A DNA stretch of 64,000 nucleotides from Chloroflexota bacterium. Its GTDB lineage: Bacteria; Chloroflexota; UBA11872; VXOZ01. How positions within the stretch are numbered: the stretch's first letter is position 1; each line of letters starts with the position of its first letter. Shown piece after piece: positions 51,306 through 60,688 of the stretch. The notes under the pieces were generated by a model. That model did no database searches. It saw only the letters and a program-made list of their open reading frames with translations, and was not told where the DNA came from. The DNA lies in the NCBI GenBank assembly GCA_963662335.2, contig CAXXVD010000002.1:320001-384000 (forward strand), written 5' to 3'. The position numbers and the translations under genes are program-made.

Positions 51306-51690
51306 CGTCATTCCCGTAAAAGCGCACGCACATCTCTCCGTTCGCGCTGAGGGCTGCGCCAAGCCCCTGTCGAAGTATGAACGGAGAGATGTGCGTGCGG
51401 AGTGGCCAAACGCTCAATCCGCCGTTCACCCTTCGACGGTTGCTCAAGGCGAACGGCTCAGTTGCGGCTACTTTCAGAGTAGTGACGGAAACAGGGACGG
51501 GAAATACCATGGCCTTGCTCAGGCCATGCAAGGAAATGAAAACGCACGCACCTCTCTCCGTTCGTGCTGAGCTTGTCGAAGCATTAACGGGGAGATGTGC
51601 GTGCGGAGTGGCCAAACGCTCAATCCGCCGTTCACCCTTCGACGCCGCTCAGGGCGAACGGCTTGGTTGGCTATTTTCACGGGAATGACG
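51306..51690. repeat. Two tandem CCGTTCG...CGAACGG elements nested in GTCATTCCCG...CGGGAATGAC ends
   Basis: Duplicated GAGATGTGCGTGCGGAGTGGCCAAACGCTCAATCCGCCGTTCACCCTTCGAC; similar to 28345-28675. Confidence 0.85.
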
Positions 51691-51712
51691 GAGTCAAGGC
51701 GGGGATGATGGT

Positions 51713-53029
51713 ATGAGGAACCGTAGTTCAATAGCGCGCGTACACGCCCGGGAGGTGCTGGATTCGCGGGGCGTGCCCACGGTGGAGGTGGACGTCACCC
51801 TGGCCGGCGGCGCGCGGGGGCGGGCAATCGTGCCCGCGGGCGCATCCACCGGACGGCACGAGGCGCGGGAGTTTCGTGACGGCGATCCCGGCCGCTATCA
51901 GGGCAAGGGCGTACGCCACGCCGTCCGTCACGTCAACGAGGTATTGGGCCCGGCGGTCGCGGGCGTGGACGCCGCGCGCCAGCACGCCGTGGACGCCATC
52001 CTGCCGGCAACCGACGGCACGCCCAATCTTGCCCGCCTGGGCGGCAACGCCGCGCTCGGCGTCTCGCTGGCCGTCGCCCACGCGGCGGCGGCGCACTTCG
52101 GCCTGCCGCTCTACCGCTATCTGGGCGGCAGCCAGGCGCGGGAGTTGCCCGTGCCCATGGTGAACATCCTCAGCGGCGGCCTGCACGCGCGCGGCATCGT
52201 CGATTTTCAAGATTTCCTGCTCATTCCGCTCAGCCCGCGGCGCTTCGGCGACGCGCTGGTAATGGTGCGCAACGTCTACCACGCCATGGGCGAAATCCTG
52301 ACGGCGCGCGGCGCGAGCACCCTGGTTGCGGACGAAGGGGGTTTGACGCCCCCTGCCAGCGGTAACGGCGGCAAAGACGGCGCGAACGAGGCCGCCGTGC
52401 AACTCCTGGTTGAGGCGCTCGCAGCGGCCGGCTACCGCCCCGGCGCGGACGCGGCCATTGGCCTGGACGTGGCGGCAAGCCACTTCTACCAGGATGGCGC
52501 TTACCACCTGCGCGCGGAAGGCCGCACACTCGCGGGCAATGAGATGGTCGATCTGCTCGCGCGCTGGGTGCGGGACTATCCCATTATCTCGATAGAGGAC
52601 GGCTTGGCGGAGGACGATTGGGAGAACTGGCAGGCGCTCACGGCGCGGGTGGGCGACCGCGCGCAACTCATTGGCGACGACCTTTTCGTCACCAACGCGG
52701 AGCGGCTGCGCGCAGGAATTATGAAAGACGCGGCCAACGCGGTGCTGGTCAAGGTGAACCAGGTCGGCACGCTCACCGCCGCCGTGGAGACGCTGCGCCT
52801 GGCCCGCGCCCACGGCTACCTGCCCGTGGTCTCGGCCCGCTCCGGCGAGACCGAGGACGCCACCATTGCCGACCTGGCCGTGGCAACCGGCGCCGGCCAG
52901 ATCAAGATCGGCTCCATCACCCGCTCGGAACGCCTGGCCAAGTACAACCAACTGCTGCGCATCGAGGAAGAACTGGGTGCGCACGGCGTCTACCGCGGGC
53001 GCGATGTCTTTGGCCGGTTTGTGCGCTAG
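51713..53029 (+). CDS. eno: Enolase (divergent paralogue)
   Basis: DSRG.PTVEV, GASTG, DEGG, IEDG, GDDL, KVNQ.G, RSGETED and RSERLAKYNQLLRIEEEL. Confidence 0.9.
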   Translation: MRNRSSIARVHAREVLDSRGVPTVEVDVTLAGGARGRAIVPAGASTGRHEAREFRDGDPGRYQGKGVRHAVRHVNEVLGPAVAGVDAARQHAVDAILPATDGTPNLARLGGNAALGVSLAVAHAAAAHFGLPLYRYLGGSQARELPVPMVNILSGGLHARGIVDFQDFLLIPLSPRRFGDALVMVRNVYHAMGEILTARGASTLVADEGGLTPPASGNGGKDGANEAAVQLLVEALAAAGYRPGADAAIGLDVAASHFYQDGAYHLRAEGRTLAGNEMVDLLARWVRDYPIISIEDGLAEDDWENWQALTARVGDRAQLIGDDLFVTNAERLRAGIMKDAANAVLVKVNQVGTLTAAVETLRLARAHGYLPVVSARSGETEDATIADLAVATGAGQIKIGSITRSERLAKYNQLLRIEEELGAHGVYRGRDVFGRFVR

Positions 53030-53306
53030 ACGAAACGCAGCGCCGCCTGTCCATCCTTTCATTCCAGACGAAGCACAGCGCGCCGCAATCCAACCCGTCA
53101 TTTCCAACGAAGCGCCTTCTCGCGGCTATCCCCCACTGTCATTCCGAGCGCAGCATAGTTTCGGCGTTGCCGACTGCGTATCGCCGGGCGCAGCGCCTTC
53201 ACGCGGCAATCCTTACTGTCATTCCGAAGGAAGCGCTGCGAAGTGAGGAATCTAGTGCGCTGGCGGTCAATAGTCTCGCCGCGCCTGGACCCTAGATTCC
53301 TCGCTG

Positions 53307-53510
53307 CGCTCGGAATGACAGGCTACGCTCGGAATGACAGGCTACGCTCGGAATGACAGGCTGCGCTCGGAATGACGGGCTGCGCTCGGAATGACGGGCT
53401 GCGCTCGGAATGACAGGCTGCGCTCGGAATGACGGGCTGCGCTCGGAATGACAGGCTACGCTCGGAATGACAGGCTGCGCTCGGAATGACGGGCTGCGCT
53501 CGGAATGACA
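53307..53510 (+). repeat. 19-bp minisatellite, 11 copies (last partial)
   Basis: CGCTCGGAATGAC(A/G)GGCT(A/G) units amplified from the right arm of the element starting at 53217. Confidence 0.95.
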
Positions 53511-53598
53511 TCCAACTGCAGCACTTGTGCGGAGGGGACGATTTGTACCGCCGAGGCCGGGCGCCGGCGCGATGGCGCGCAGACCGCGTATCGGCACT

Positions 53599-53632
53599 AA
53601 AAGGAGAGGGACGCGCAGTCGCGCGTCCCTCT
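53599..53632 (-). terminator. Rho-independent terminator of the betaine ABC operon
   Basis: AGAGGGACGCGC-AGTC-GCGCGTCCCTCT stem followed by CCTTTT on the minus strand. Confidence 0.7.
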
Positions 53633-53718
53633 TAGCCTTCGTCTAATGTCAGCATTCCGGCCCGCTCGAGAAGAACTCTATCCTGCCAGCGGTGGAACGC
53701 TTACGACTTGCCGGCGGT

Positions 53719-54774
53719 TTATTCCGCTGCCAGGGCGGCGGTCACCTTCTCGGCGGCGTCGGCGGTCACCCACGCCTTCCAGGAGTCGTTGTTCTGCAGC
53801 CACCAGGTGGCCACTTCGGCGTACTCGGCGCCGGACTCGGAGAAGTACACCTCAGCCTGGCGCTGGTTCTCGAAGTTCCAGTCCCACTTGCTGAGCATAT
53901 CCACCACATCCGCGGCGCCATCCTTGATCGAGGTATTGACGGCAATCACCACCTCGGCCACGGGATACGCGCACGCCCGGCTCTCCCAGCACTCCTCGTT
54001 GTACTCCGGCTCTTCCAGGAAGTAGAAGCCGCCGAGTTGAGTCTCAAGCTCGAAGGAGAACGTCGTCGGGCCCCAGTAGTAGAAGAGCACCGGCTCTTCC
54101 TTGAGGAACGCCGCGCGGATTTCGCTCTGCAGCGCCGAGTCCGAACCCGGGTTCACCAGTTCCACCACGTCGCTCAGGCCGTAGGCCTCCACCTGCGCCG
54201 CGTTCACGGCCTCGCACGCCCAGCCGGGAATGCACGTCAGCAGACGCGCCTTGCCGTTGCTGTCCGGCGTCACGAAGATTTCCATGTGGTCCTTCAGGTC
54301 TTGCACCGTGCGCAGGTTGGGGTTCGCGTCCGCGGTATACTGCGGAATGATGAACGCCGACTGCCAGTTGTCCTCCAGGCTCTTGCCCACGACTTCCACC
54401 GAACCCTCGCTCAACGCGGTAACGAAGGCTTCTTCCTGGTTGGGCAGCCAGATTTCCATATTCACGTTGATGTCGCCGGAGCGCAGCGCCACCAGCAACG
54501 GCACCGTGTCGCCGAAGACCGCGTCCGTCTCATAACCGTAGCCGTTTTCCAGGATGTAGCGCGCCACCGCGTTCTGGATCTGGGCGCTATCCCAGCTCAA
54601 GTCGGCAAAGATGATCGTCGGCTTTTCCATCTCTTCCGCGGCCGCTTCTTCGGCCGGCGCCGCCTCGCCCTCATCGGGCGCCACTTGCGCCGTGCCGCAC
54701 GCGCTGAGCGTGAGCATCAAGGCGAGCATGAAGGCCAACATGCCGCCCAGGGTCTGCCACGTTCGTACTTTCAT
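53719..54774 (-). CDS. proX: Glycine betaine/proline ABC transporter substrate-binding lipoprotein
   Basis: LSAC lipobox; WDSAQ, MEIW, CIPGWAC and FYYWGP motifs. Confidence 0.88.
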   Translation of the reverse strand: MKVRTWQTLGGMLAFMLALMLTLSACGTAQVAPDEGEAAPAEEAAAEEMEKPTIIFADLSWDSAQIQNAVARYILENGYGYETDAVFGDTVPLLVALRSGDINVNMEIWLPNQEEAFVTALSEGSVEVVGKSLEDNWQSAFIIPQYTADANPNLRTVQDLKDHMEIFVTPDSNGKARLLTCIPGWACEAVNAAQVEAYGLSDVVELVNPGSDSALQSEIRAAFLKEEPVLFYYWGPTTFSFELETQLGGFYFLEEPEYNEECWESRACAYPVAEVVIAVNTSIKDGAADVVDMLSKWDWNFENQRQAEVYFSESGAEYAEVATWWLQNNDSWKAWVTADAAEKVTAALAAE

Positions 54775-54868
54775 TGCCTTGGGAACCTCCCACTTCTGTG
54801 TGTAACGGTGTTAAACCAATAATGCCGCATTTTCACTCTGCTGGCAACTGGGCGCGCCGCGAGAGGCG

Positions 54869-55867
54869 CTACACCCGCAAGGACTCTTGCCGGCTCTTGG
54901 CCCAGGCCTGGGTGATGCGGTCGATGACGATTGCCAGGAAGACGATACCCAGTCCGCCCAGCAGCGCCTGGCCCGGCTGCGCGCGGGAGAGCGCCCGCTG
55001 CACGTCTTCGCCCAGGCCGCCGGCGCCGACCAGCGAGGCAATCACCATCATCGCCAGCGCCATCATCGTGGTCTGGTTGATGCCGGCCATGATCGTCGGC
55101 ATCGCCATGGGCAGTTGCACCTTGAAGAGCAGTTGGCGGGGGGTAGTGCCAAAGGAGCGGGCCGCTTCCACCACCTGCGGGCTGACTTCCCGGATGCCGA
55201 GGCTGGTGAAGCGAATCGTCGGCGGCGCGGCGTAGATGATGGTGGCAAAGACCGCCGGCACGTTGCCAATGCCGAAGAACATCACTACCGGCACTAGGTA
55301 GACGAACGAGGGCATGGTCTGCATGCCGTCCAGCAGGGGCTTGAGCACGGCGTCGAACGTGTTGCTGCGGGCGGCCAACACCCCAATCGGGATGCCCACG
55401 ACGATGGAGAGGAAAACCGAAACCACGATGAGCGCCATGGTCTCCATCGCGCTTTCCCACAGGCCGAAGACGCCGGTTGTGAGCAGGGCGACCGCGCCGA
55501 AGGCGGCAAACTTCCAACCGACCGTCGCCCACGCGATCGCGGCGACGCCGACGATGACAACCGGCCAGGGCGTCCAGAGAAACGCCGTCTCGATCAACAG
55601 CAGGAAACGCAGCACCGCGTCCGAAACCAGGTCGAACGCCGGCCCCCAGGCGACGGTGACGGTCTGCACCCCATCATTGATCCAGCGGCTGATGCCGCGA
55701 CTCCAATCCAGGGGGAACGCGGTCCTGGGGCCCCAGACCACCAGCGTCACGACGAAGAGGGCGGCGAGACCGGCCAGCACCAACGCGCCCTTAGGGGGCA
55801 GGTTAATGCCGCGCGCGGCCTGGCGGCCTTCGCCCGTCTCTTCCTTAGTTTGGGTCGTTACGGCCAT
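54869..55867 (-). CDS. proW: Glycine betaine/proline ABC transporter permease
   Basis: LDGMQTMPSFVYLVP, EAARSFG and MAGINQT motifs. Confidence 0.92.
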   Translation of the reverse strand: MAVTTQTKEETGEGRQAARGINLPPKGALVLAGLAALFVVTLVVWGPRTAFPLDWSRGISRWINDGVQTVTVAWGPAFDLVSDAVLRFLLLIETAFLWTPWPVVIVGVAAIAWATVGWKFAAFGAVALLTTGVFGLWESAMETMALIVVSVFLSIVVGIPIGVLAARSNTFDAVLKPLLDGMQTMPSFVYLVPVVMFFGIGNVPAVFATIIYAAPPTIRFTSLGIREVSPQVVEAARSFGTTPRQLLFKVQLPMAMPTIMAGINQTTMMALAMMVIASLVGAGGLGEDVQRALSRAQPGQALLGGLGIVFLAIVIDRITQAWAKSRQESLRV

Positions 55868-55879
55868 GATACCCTTCGG

Positions 55880-57130
55880 CTAAACGCCGGCCTCCTCGTG
55901 CACTTCGGCAAACACGGTTTCGGCCAGCGCGTCGCGCTCAACCGTGCCCACCAGGCGTTCTTCTTCGTCCACCACGGGAATGCTGCCCTCTTGTGACCAA
56001 GCCTGGGAGAGGGCCTCCTCGATGCACTGCCCGGCGGCAACCGGCTCGCAGCGCCGCTCGATCACGCTCTCGATCGTGTCGTCGCCGTTGGCGGCGGCCT
56101 GGCTCGCGTCGTCGCGGCTGATTTCGCCCTCGTACGCGCCGTCCTGGGCCGCGACGAACGCGGCATCGGCGCCGGCAGACTCCAATGCGGCCAACGCCTC
56201 CGCCGGCGCCGCCTCGCTATCCACCTGTACCGCGCACTCATCCATCATATAGCCCACGGTGACCACCGACGAGGTGCGCACGTCCCGCGTAAAGTCGGCC
56301 ACGTAGTCGTCGGCCGGGTTCGCCATGATCTCTTCCGGCGTGCCAATCTGCACCACGGCGCCGTCGCGCATGATGGCGATGCGGCTGCCCAGCTTGGTGG
56401 CTTCCACCAGGTCGTGGGTGATGAAGATGATGGTCTTGTGCATCTGCTCCTGCAGGCGGATGAGTTCGTTCTGCATGTCCCGCCGGATGAGGGGATCCAG
56501 CGCGCTGAACGGCTCGTCCATCAGCAGGATTTCCGGGTCGCACGCCAACGCCCGCGCCAGGCCGACGCGCTGCTGCATGCCGCCGCTGAGCGCCGCCGGG
56601 CGGTAGTCCTCCCAGCCTTCCAGGCCGACGATGCGCAGCACCTCGGCCGCCCGCGAGCGGCGCTCTTCCACCGGCACGCCCTGCACTTCCAAACCCCAGG
56701 CCGCGTTGTCGATCACCGTGCGGTGCGGCAGCAGGCCAAAATACTGGAACACCATGCCCGTCTTCTGCCGCCGCGCCTGCGTAAGCTCTTCGTCGCTGTA
56801 CTGGAGGACGTCCTCGCCGTCGATGACCACCTCGCCGGCCGTGGGCTCGATGAGCCGGATGAGACAGCGCACCAACGTGGACTTGCCGCTGCCGGAAAGG
56901 CCCATCACCACGAAGGTCTCGCCCTGACGCACGTCGAAACTCACGTCGTGCAAGGCGAGCACCGAATCCAGATCGTCCTGCACCTCGTTCTTCGTCTTGC
57001 CCGCCAGCGTCTCCGCCACGTCGGGACCGGCGGCCGGGCCGAACACTTTCCACACGCCCCGCACGCTGACCCGCACCTGGCCGTTCGCCTGCGGCGTAAA
57101 CGCAGGCTCCCCTGCTTGCGCTGCTGCCAT
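55880..57130 (-). CDS. proV: Glycine betaine/proline ABC transporter ATP-binding protein with CBS domains
   Basis: GLSGSGKST, LSGGMQQRVGLARAL and MDEPFSALDPLIR motifs. Confidence 0.94.
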   Translation of the reverse strand: MAAAQAGEPAFTPQANGQVRVSVRGVWKVFGPAAGPDVAETLAGKTKNEVQDDLDSVLALHDVSFDVRQGETFVVMGLSGSGKSTLVRCLIRLIEPTAGEVVIDGEDVLQYSDEELTQARRQKTGMVFQYFGLLPHRTVIDNAAWGLEVQGVPVEERRSRAAEVLRIVGLEGWEDYRPAALSGGMQQRVGLARALACDPEILLMDEPFSALDPLIRRDMQNELIRLQEQMHKTIIFITHDLVEATKLGSRIAIMRDGAVVQIGTPEEIMANPADDYVADFTRDVRTSSVVTVGYMMDECAVQVDSEAAPAEALAALESAGADAAFVAAQDGAYEGEISRDDASQAAANGDDTIESVIERRCEPVAAGQCIEEALSQAWSQEGSIPVVDEEERLVGTVERDALAETVFAEVHEEAGV

Positions 57131-57277
57131 GGCTTCGCTCTCTTCCTTGCCCGGGCATTCCCCACAGGCTGCCGGGGACGGCGGCGCTCCCAGGCCTGCG
57201 CGCCGCCCGCACCTTAAAACAACCCACGTTAGGGTACCAAGCTAAGGCGTCGAGCGCAAGCCGCCGCGGCAACAGCA

Positions 57278-57435
57278 GTCTAGCGCTTGTAGTCCTTGCG
57301 GAGTGTCGGTTGCATCATGGCAGGCAGCGAACGAAGCAGCGGGGCAGACAGCGGATCCTGTCATTCCGAGCGCAGCGAGGAATCTACGTGGCCCCCGGCT
57401 CTAGATTCTTCGTCGCTGCGCTCCTCAGAATGACA
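57278..57435. repeat. TGTCATTCCG...AGAATGACA element (subtype also found at 59857-59981)
   Basis: Shared CTTGTAGTC.TTGC lead-in and AGATTCTTCGTCGCTGCGCTCCTCAGAATGACAG end. Confidence 0.8.
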
Positions 57436-57654
57436 GTAGGTTCTTGACTTGAAACTACAGTAGTTGCTTGACTTGAAACGTGAGATGAACACGCATCATC
57501 GCTTTGGCCACCTTTAGCCCAACTCCGCTGTCTGCGCGCCGTTGCGCCACCACCATTGACCGCCGCGCGCCATTGGGGTCATACTGGTGATTGGCGATAC
57601 TTTGGCAATGCGAAAGCCACAGACCCAACCACACAACCGGCAAGGAGGCACGCC

Positions 57655-57891
57655 ATGGCCGCGAAACACCGCCTGAGCATCGAATACTGCACCTCGTGAG
57701 GCTACCTGCCAAAAGCCGTCAGTTTGACGGAAAGAGTGCTGAGCGAGTACGAATTCAACCTGGCAAGCCTGGAACTCATCCCCGGCGGCGGCGGCGCCTT
57801 CGAGGTCACCCTTGATGACACCGTCATCTTCTCCAAACACCAACAAGGCCGCTTCCCCGAACACGACGAGGTGCTGCGCCACCTGAACTAA
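57655..57891 (+). CDS. Rdx (SelW/SelT/SelH) family selenoprotein, CxxU
   Basis: MAAKHRLSIEYCTS-TGA(57697)-GYLPKAVSL...GGGGAFEVTLDD..IFSK...RFP; AAGGAGG RBS; hairpin CCGTCA-GTT-TGACGG 16 nt after the TGA. Confidence 0.9.
57716..57730 (+). promoter_or_regulatory. Putative bacterial SECIS apical hairpin
   Basis: 6-bp stem CCGTCA/TGACGG with a G-first loop, downstream of the in-frame UGA. Confidence 0.65.
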
Positions 57892-58043
57892 GGGCCTGTT
57901 TGAACTCGCTTTGTCTGCATGAGCAACGTTCGCCCTGAGCTTGTCGAAGGGTGAACGTTGCCGCATAGCCGTTCGCGCTGAGCCTGTCGAAGCGCGTACA
58001 GTTTTCGTGGGACGCGCAGTTCCTTTGATGGAATAGGTTGCCA

Positions 58044-59796
58044 ATGACGTTTAGCGACGACGACATCGAGCGTCAACTGCAACTAGGCGAGGACAGCGCG
58101 TGGGAATTCAAGGCAGTCGCGTTTGCCGGCAACCAACCGAAGAGCCCTGAGCGCGCGGACTGGGCGGACGAAGTCGCCGCTTTTGCCAATGCGAACGGCG
58201 GTATGCTGCTCTGCGGCGCTACTGACGAGGGCGACGTGCAGGACATGTCGCGCGCGCAGATCGTCGCGTTGGACGCATTGCTCGTCGAGGTCAGTTCCGA
58301 CTCGGTCCGGCCGGCCGTGCGCATCCGCACGTACCACCGGCAACTCCCAAGCGGCAAGCGCCTGCTGCTGGTCGAGGCGCCTGAGGGCGAGGCGCAGCAC
58401 GACAGCCCCGGCGGCAGCTACGTGCGGGTGGGCGGCTCCAAGCGCAGGATGACAAGCGATGAGCGGCTGCGCTTGGCGCAGCGGCGCGGACAGGCGCGGT
58501 TCTCGTCATTCGATGAGCAGACCGTCCACAGTACCGGCTTCAAGACGCTGGACGAATCGCTGTGGAAGCCCCTCCTGAGCGCGGAAGGCGCGGCGCGGCC
58601 TGAGTTGGCGCTCGAGAAGCTGGCGCTGCTGGCCGCCGACGAGGCCGGGGTGCTGCGCGCCACGGTAGCCGGCGTGCTGCTGTGCGCCCCAAACCCCGAG
58701 CACTGGCTCCCCAACGCCTGCATCACGGCAACGCGCTACCGGGGCAGCGACCGCGCTTCCGGGCAGCTTGACGCGCAAGAGATCACCGGCCCCCTCAATC
58801 GGCAAATCGCCGAGGCGATGGCGTTTGCCGTACGCAACATGAGCGTCGCGGCCCGCAAGCAGCCGGCGCGCGTAGACATCCCGCAGTACAGCCAGAAGGC
58901 GCTCTTCGAGGCGCTCGTCAACGCCGTGGCGCACCGCGACTATTCGATACGCGGCAGCAAGATTCGCCTTTCGCTCTTCCAAGACCGCCTGGAGATTCAC
59001 ACGCCGGGCTCATTGCCAAACAACCTCACGGTGGAGAGCATGGCGGAGCGGCAAGCAACCCGCAACCAGGCGCTGACCTCGGTGCTGGCGCGCATGGCGG
59101 TTGGGGGGCATGAGCGGCGCGGAGGAAAAACAGTACTTCATGGAACGGCGCGGCCACGGCGTGCCGATCATCCTGCGCGAAACGCGGGAACTCTCCGGCA
59201 AGCTGCCTGAATACCGCGTGATCGACGACGCCGAGGTGCGCCTCACCATCCCAGCGGCAGCGCAGGAGCACAGCCCGGCCCGCGCCGTCATCACGGTGCG
59301 GTCCGCGGGACGGCCCCTGCCCGGCGCGGACCTGCTGGCGCTCTACCCCAATGCGACCTGGCAACGCGGGACGACGGACGAAAACGGTGAGGCGGCCGTA
59401 GACCTGCACACGACCCACCTTCCCCTGACCGTCTTCGCCGCCGCGCCCGGCCACGCCGCCCATCTGGAACGCGAGTGGCTGCCGAGCCAAGGGGCGCTGG
59501 CGCTGGAACTGCACGCTATCGCGGGCGGCAGCGTCATCTTCCCGGAGGCCGCCGGCGCCGTGCCGGGCATCGAAGGCCGGCTCAATCCCATCCGCGATGC
59601 CTTCGACCGCACGTATCTCTACGCCGCCAACGTCGCCATAAACCGGGGCAAGCCGCAGCCGGTCAATTTCATCCCCGGTGAAGGTCTGCTGTTGACAGAC
59701 GCCAGAGGTCACGATTGCGTGGTGCGGATTATTGCCATCGTCGGCAGAGCGGCGCTTGTGGAATATCGTCCCTATCCGGCGCGAGACGACATATAG
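58044..59796 (+). pseudogene. AlbA_2 (Schlafen-like) + HATPase_c_4 (RecG C-terminal-like) protein, frameshifted at G6 run 59103-59108
   Basis: GEDSAWEFK, AFANANGG, EALVNAVAHRDY and PGSLP; continues in another frame as YFMERRGHGVPII. Removing one G joins the two ORFs. Confidence 0.8.
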
Positions 59797-59856
59797 CAAT
59801 TGCTACACTAAGAGTCCGCTGGACGTGAGATCGGTAACTGCTCCAACTCCTAGCGA

Positions 59857-60331
59857 CCTAGGCTTGTAGTCTTTGCAAGGCGCCGGCTCCTGTCATTCCG
59901 AGCGCAGCGTCGAACAGTGTTCGCGGAATCTACGTGACTCCCGACTTCAGATTCTTCGTCGCTGCGCTCCTCAGAATGACAGATGAGAAGTAGCTAAGAC
60001 CTGGGGGCGGTTACGGTCTGGGGTTGGTCACTCTAACTCCAAAGCAGCTATTTCCGGTGCTTCGACAGGCTCAGCGCGAACGGAACTGGAGCGGGGAACA
60101 TGTCCCCAGTGGTGTCGCACAGAGTTGTAAGAGCGTCACGAGGATGCCTTTGCGCAGTCTGTGAAAAGGCTAGGGGCACGACATGTCGTGCCCCTAGCCG
60201 CCATGCTTGATTTTCGAGGCCCTTGACGGCGCGTAGCCGTCGCTCTTTACGGCGCGGCGGTTTGCGTGACACCGTTCGACAAGCCCCCGCGCTACGCGTT
60301 GCAGAAGCGGGGGACAAGCCCCCGCGCTACG
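59857..60331. repeat. Cluster of REP-like elements (four families)
   Basis: TGTCATTCCG element, CTTCGACAGGCTCAGCGCGAACGG, CTAGGGGCACGACATGTCGTGCCCCTAG and two ACAAGCCCCCGCGCTAC units. Confidence 0.85.
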
Positions 60332-60361
60332 GTGTGGGCGGGCAATGCCGTTGTGGGATTC

Positions 60362-60391
60362 TTGAAAAGGTAGCGCCCGCTCCGCTATAGT
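60362..60391 (+). promoter_or_regulatory. Putative sigma70 promoter of pnp
   Basis: TTGAAA-N18-TATAGT about 300 nt upstream of the pnp start. Confidence 0.6.
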
Positions 60392-60487
60392 GGGAGTTGG
60401 AAGACTGCGTGATCTTCCGCAATACACATTTCACATTGCGCGTTGAGCGCCGGCCACCGGCTTGTCCGACCGACACGCAGCGGACAG

Positions 60488-60643
60488 GGTTAGTGTTTTG
60501 TGACTAGCACATGCCGTTTCACAGCGGCGGTGTTAGCGGGAAGTCAGGGCCATTTCGCAGCGGCGCTCGCCATCACCGGCGAGTCGTGTTGCGGCGATTG
60601 TGCGAATTCCTCTCCAGGAAACGGCATCTGCTAGTCACTAACC
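60488..60643 (+). promoter_or_regulatory. Long-range stem-loop in the pnp 5' leader
   Basis: GTGACTAGCA-C-ATGCCGTTTC (60500-60520) pairs with GAAACGGCAT-C-TGCTAGTCAC (60618-60638); GGTTA/TAACC closes the stem. Confidence 0.7.
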
Positions 60644-60688
60644 ACGCGGCGGTGCGGGGCGGAGCGCGGGAAGGATCTTGTTCGGAGC

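Noticed and set aside
53292-53597. Repetitive ORFs (CHSERS/VIPSAA/SFRAQ)
   Set aside because: These are translations of the 19-bp DNA minisatellite, not proteins.
57514-58044. 176-aa minus-strand ORF
   Set aside because: It is the antisense shadow of the selenoprotein plus a repeat element.
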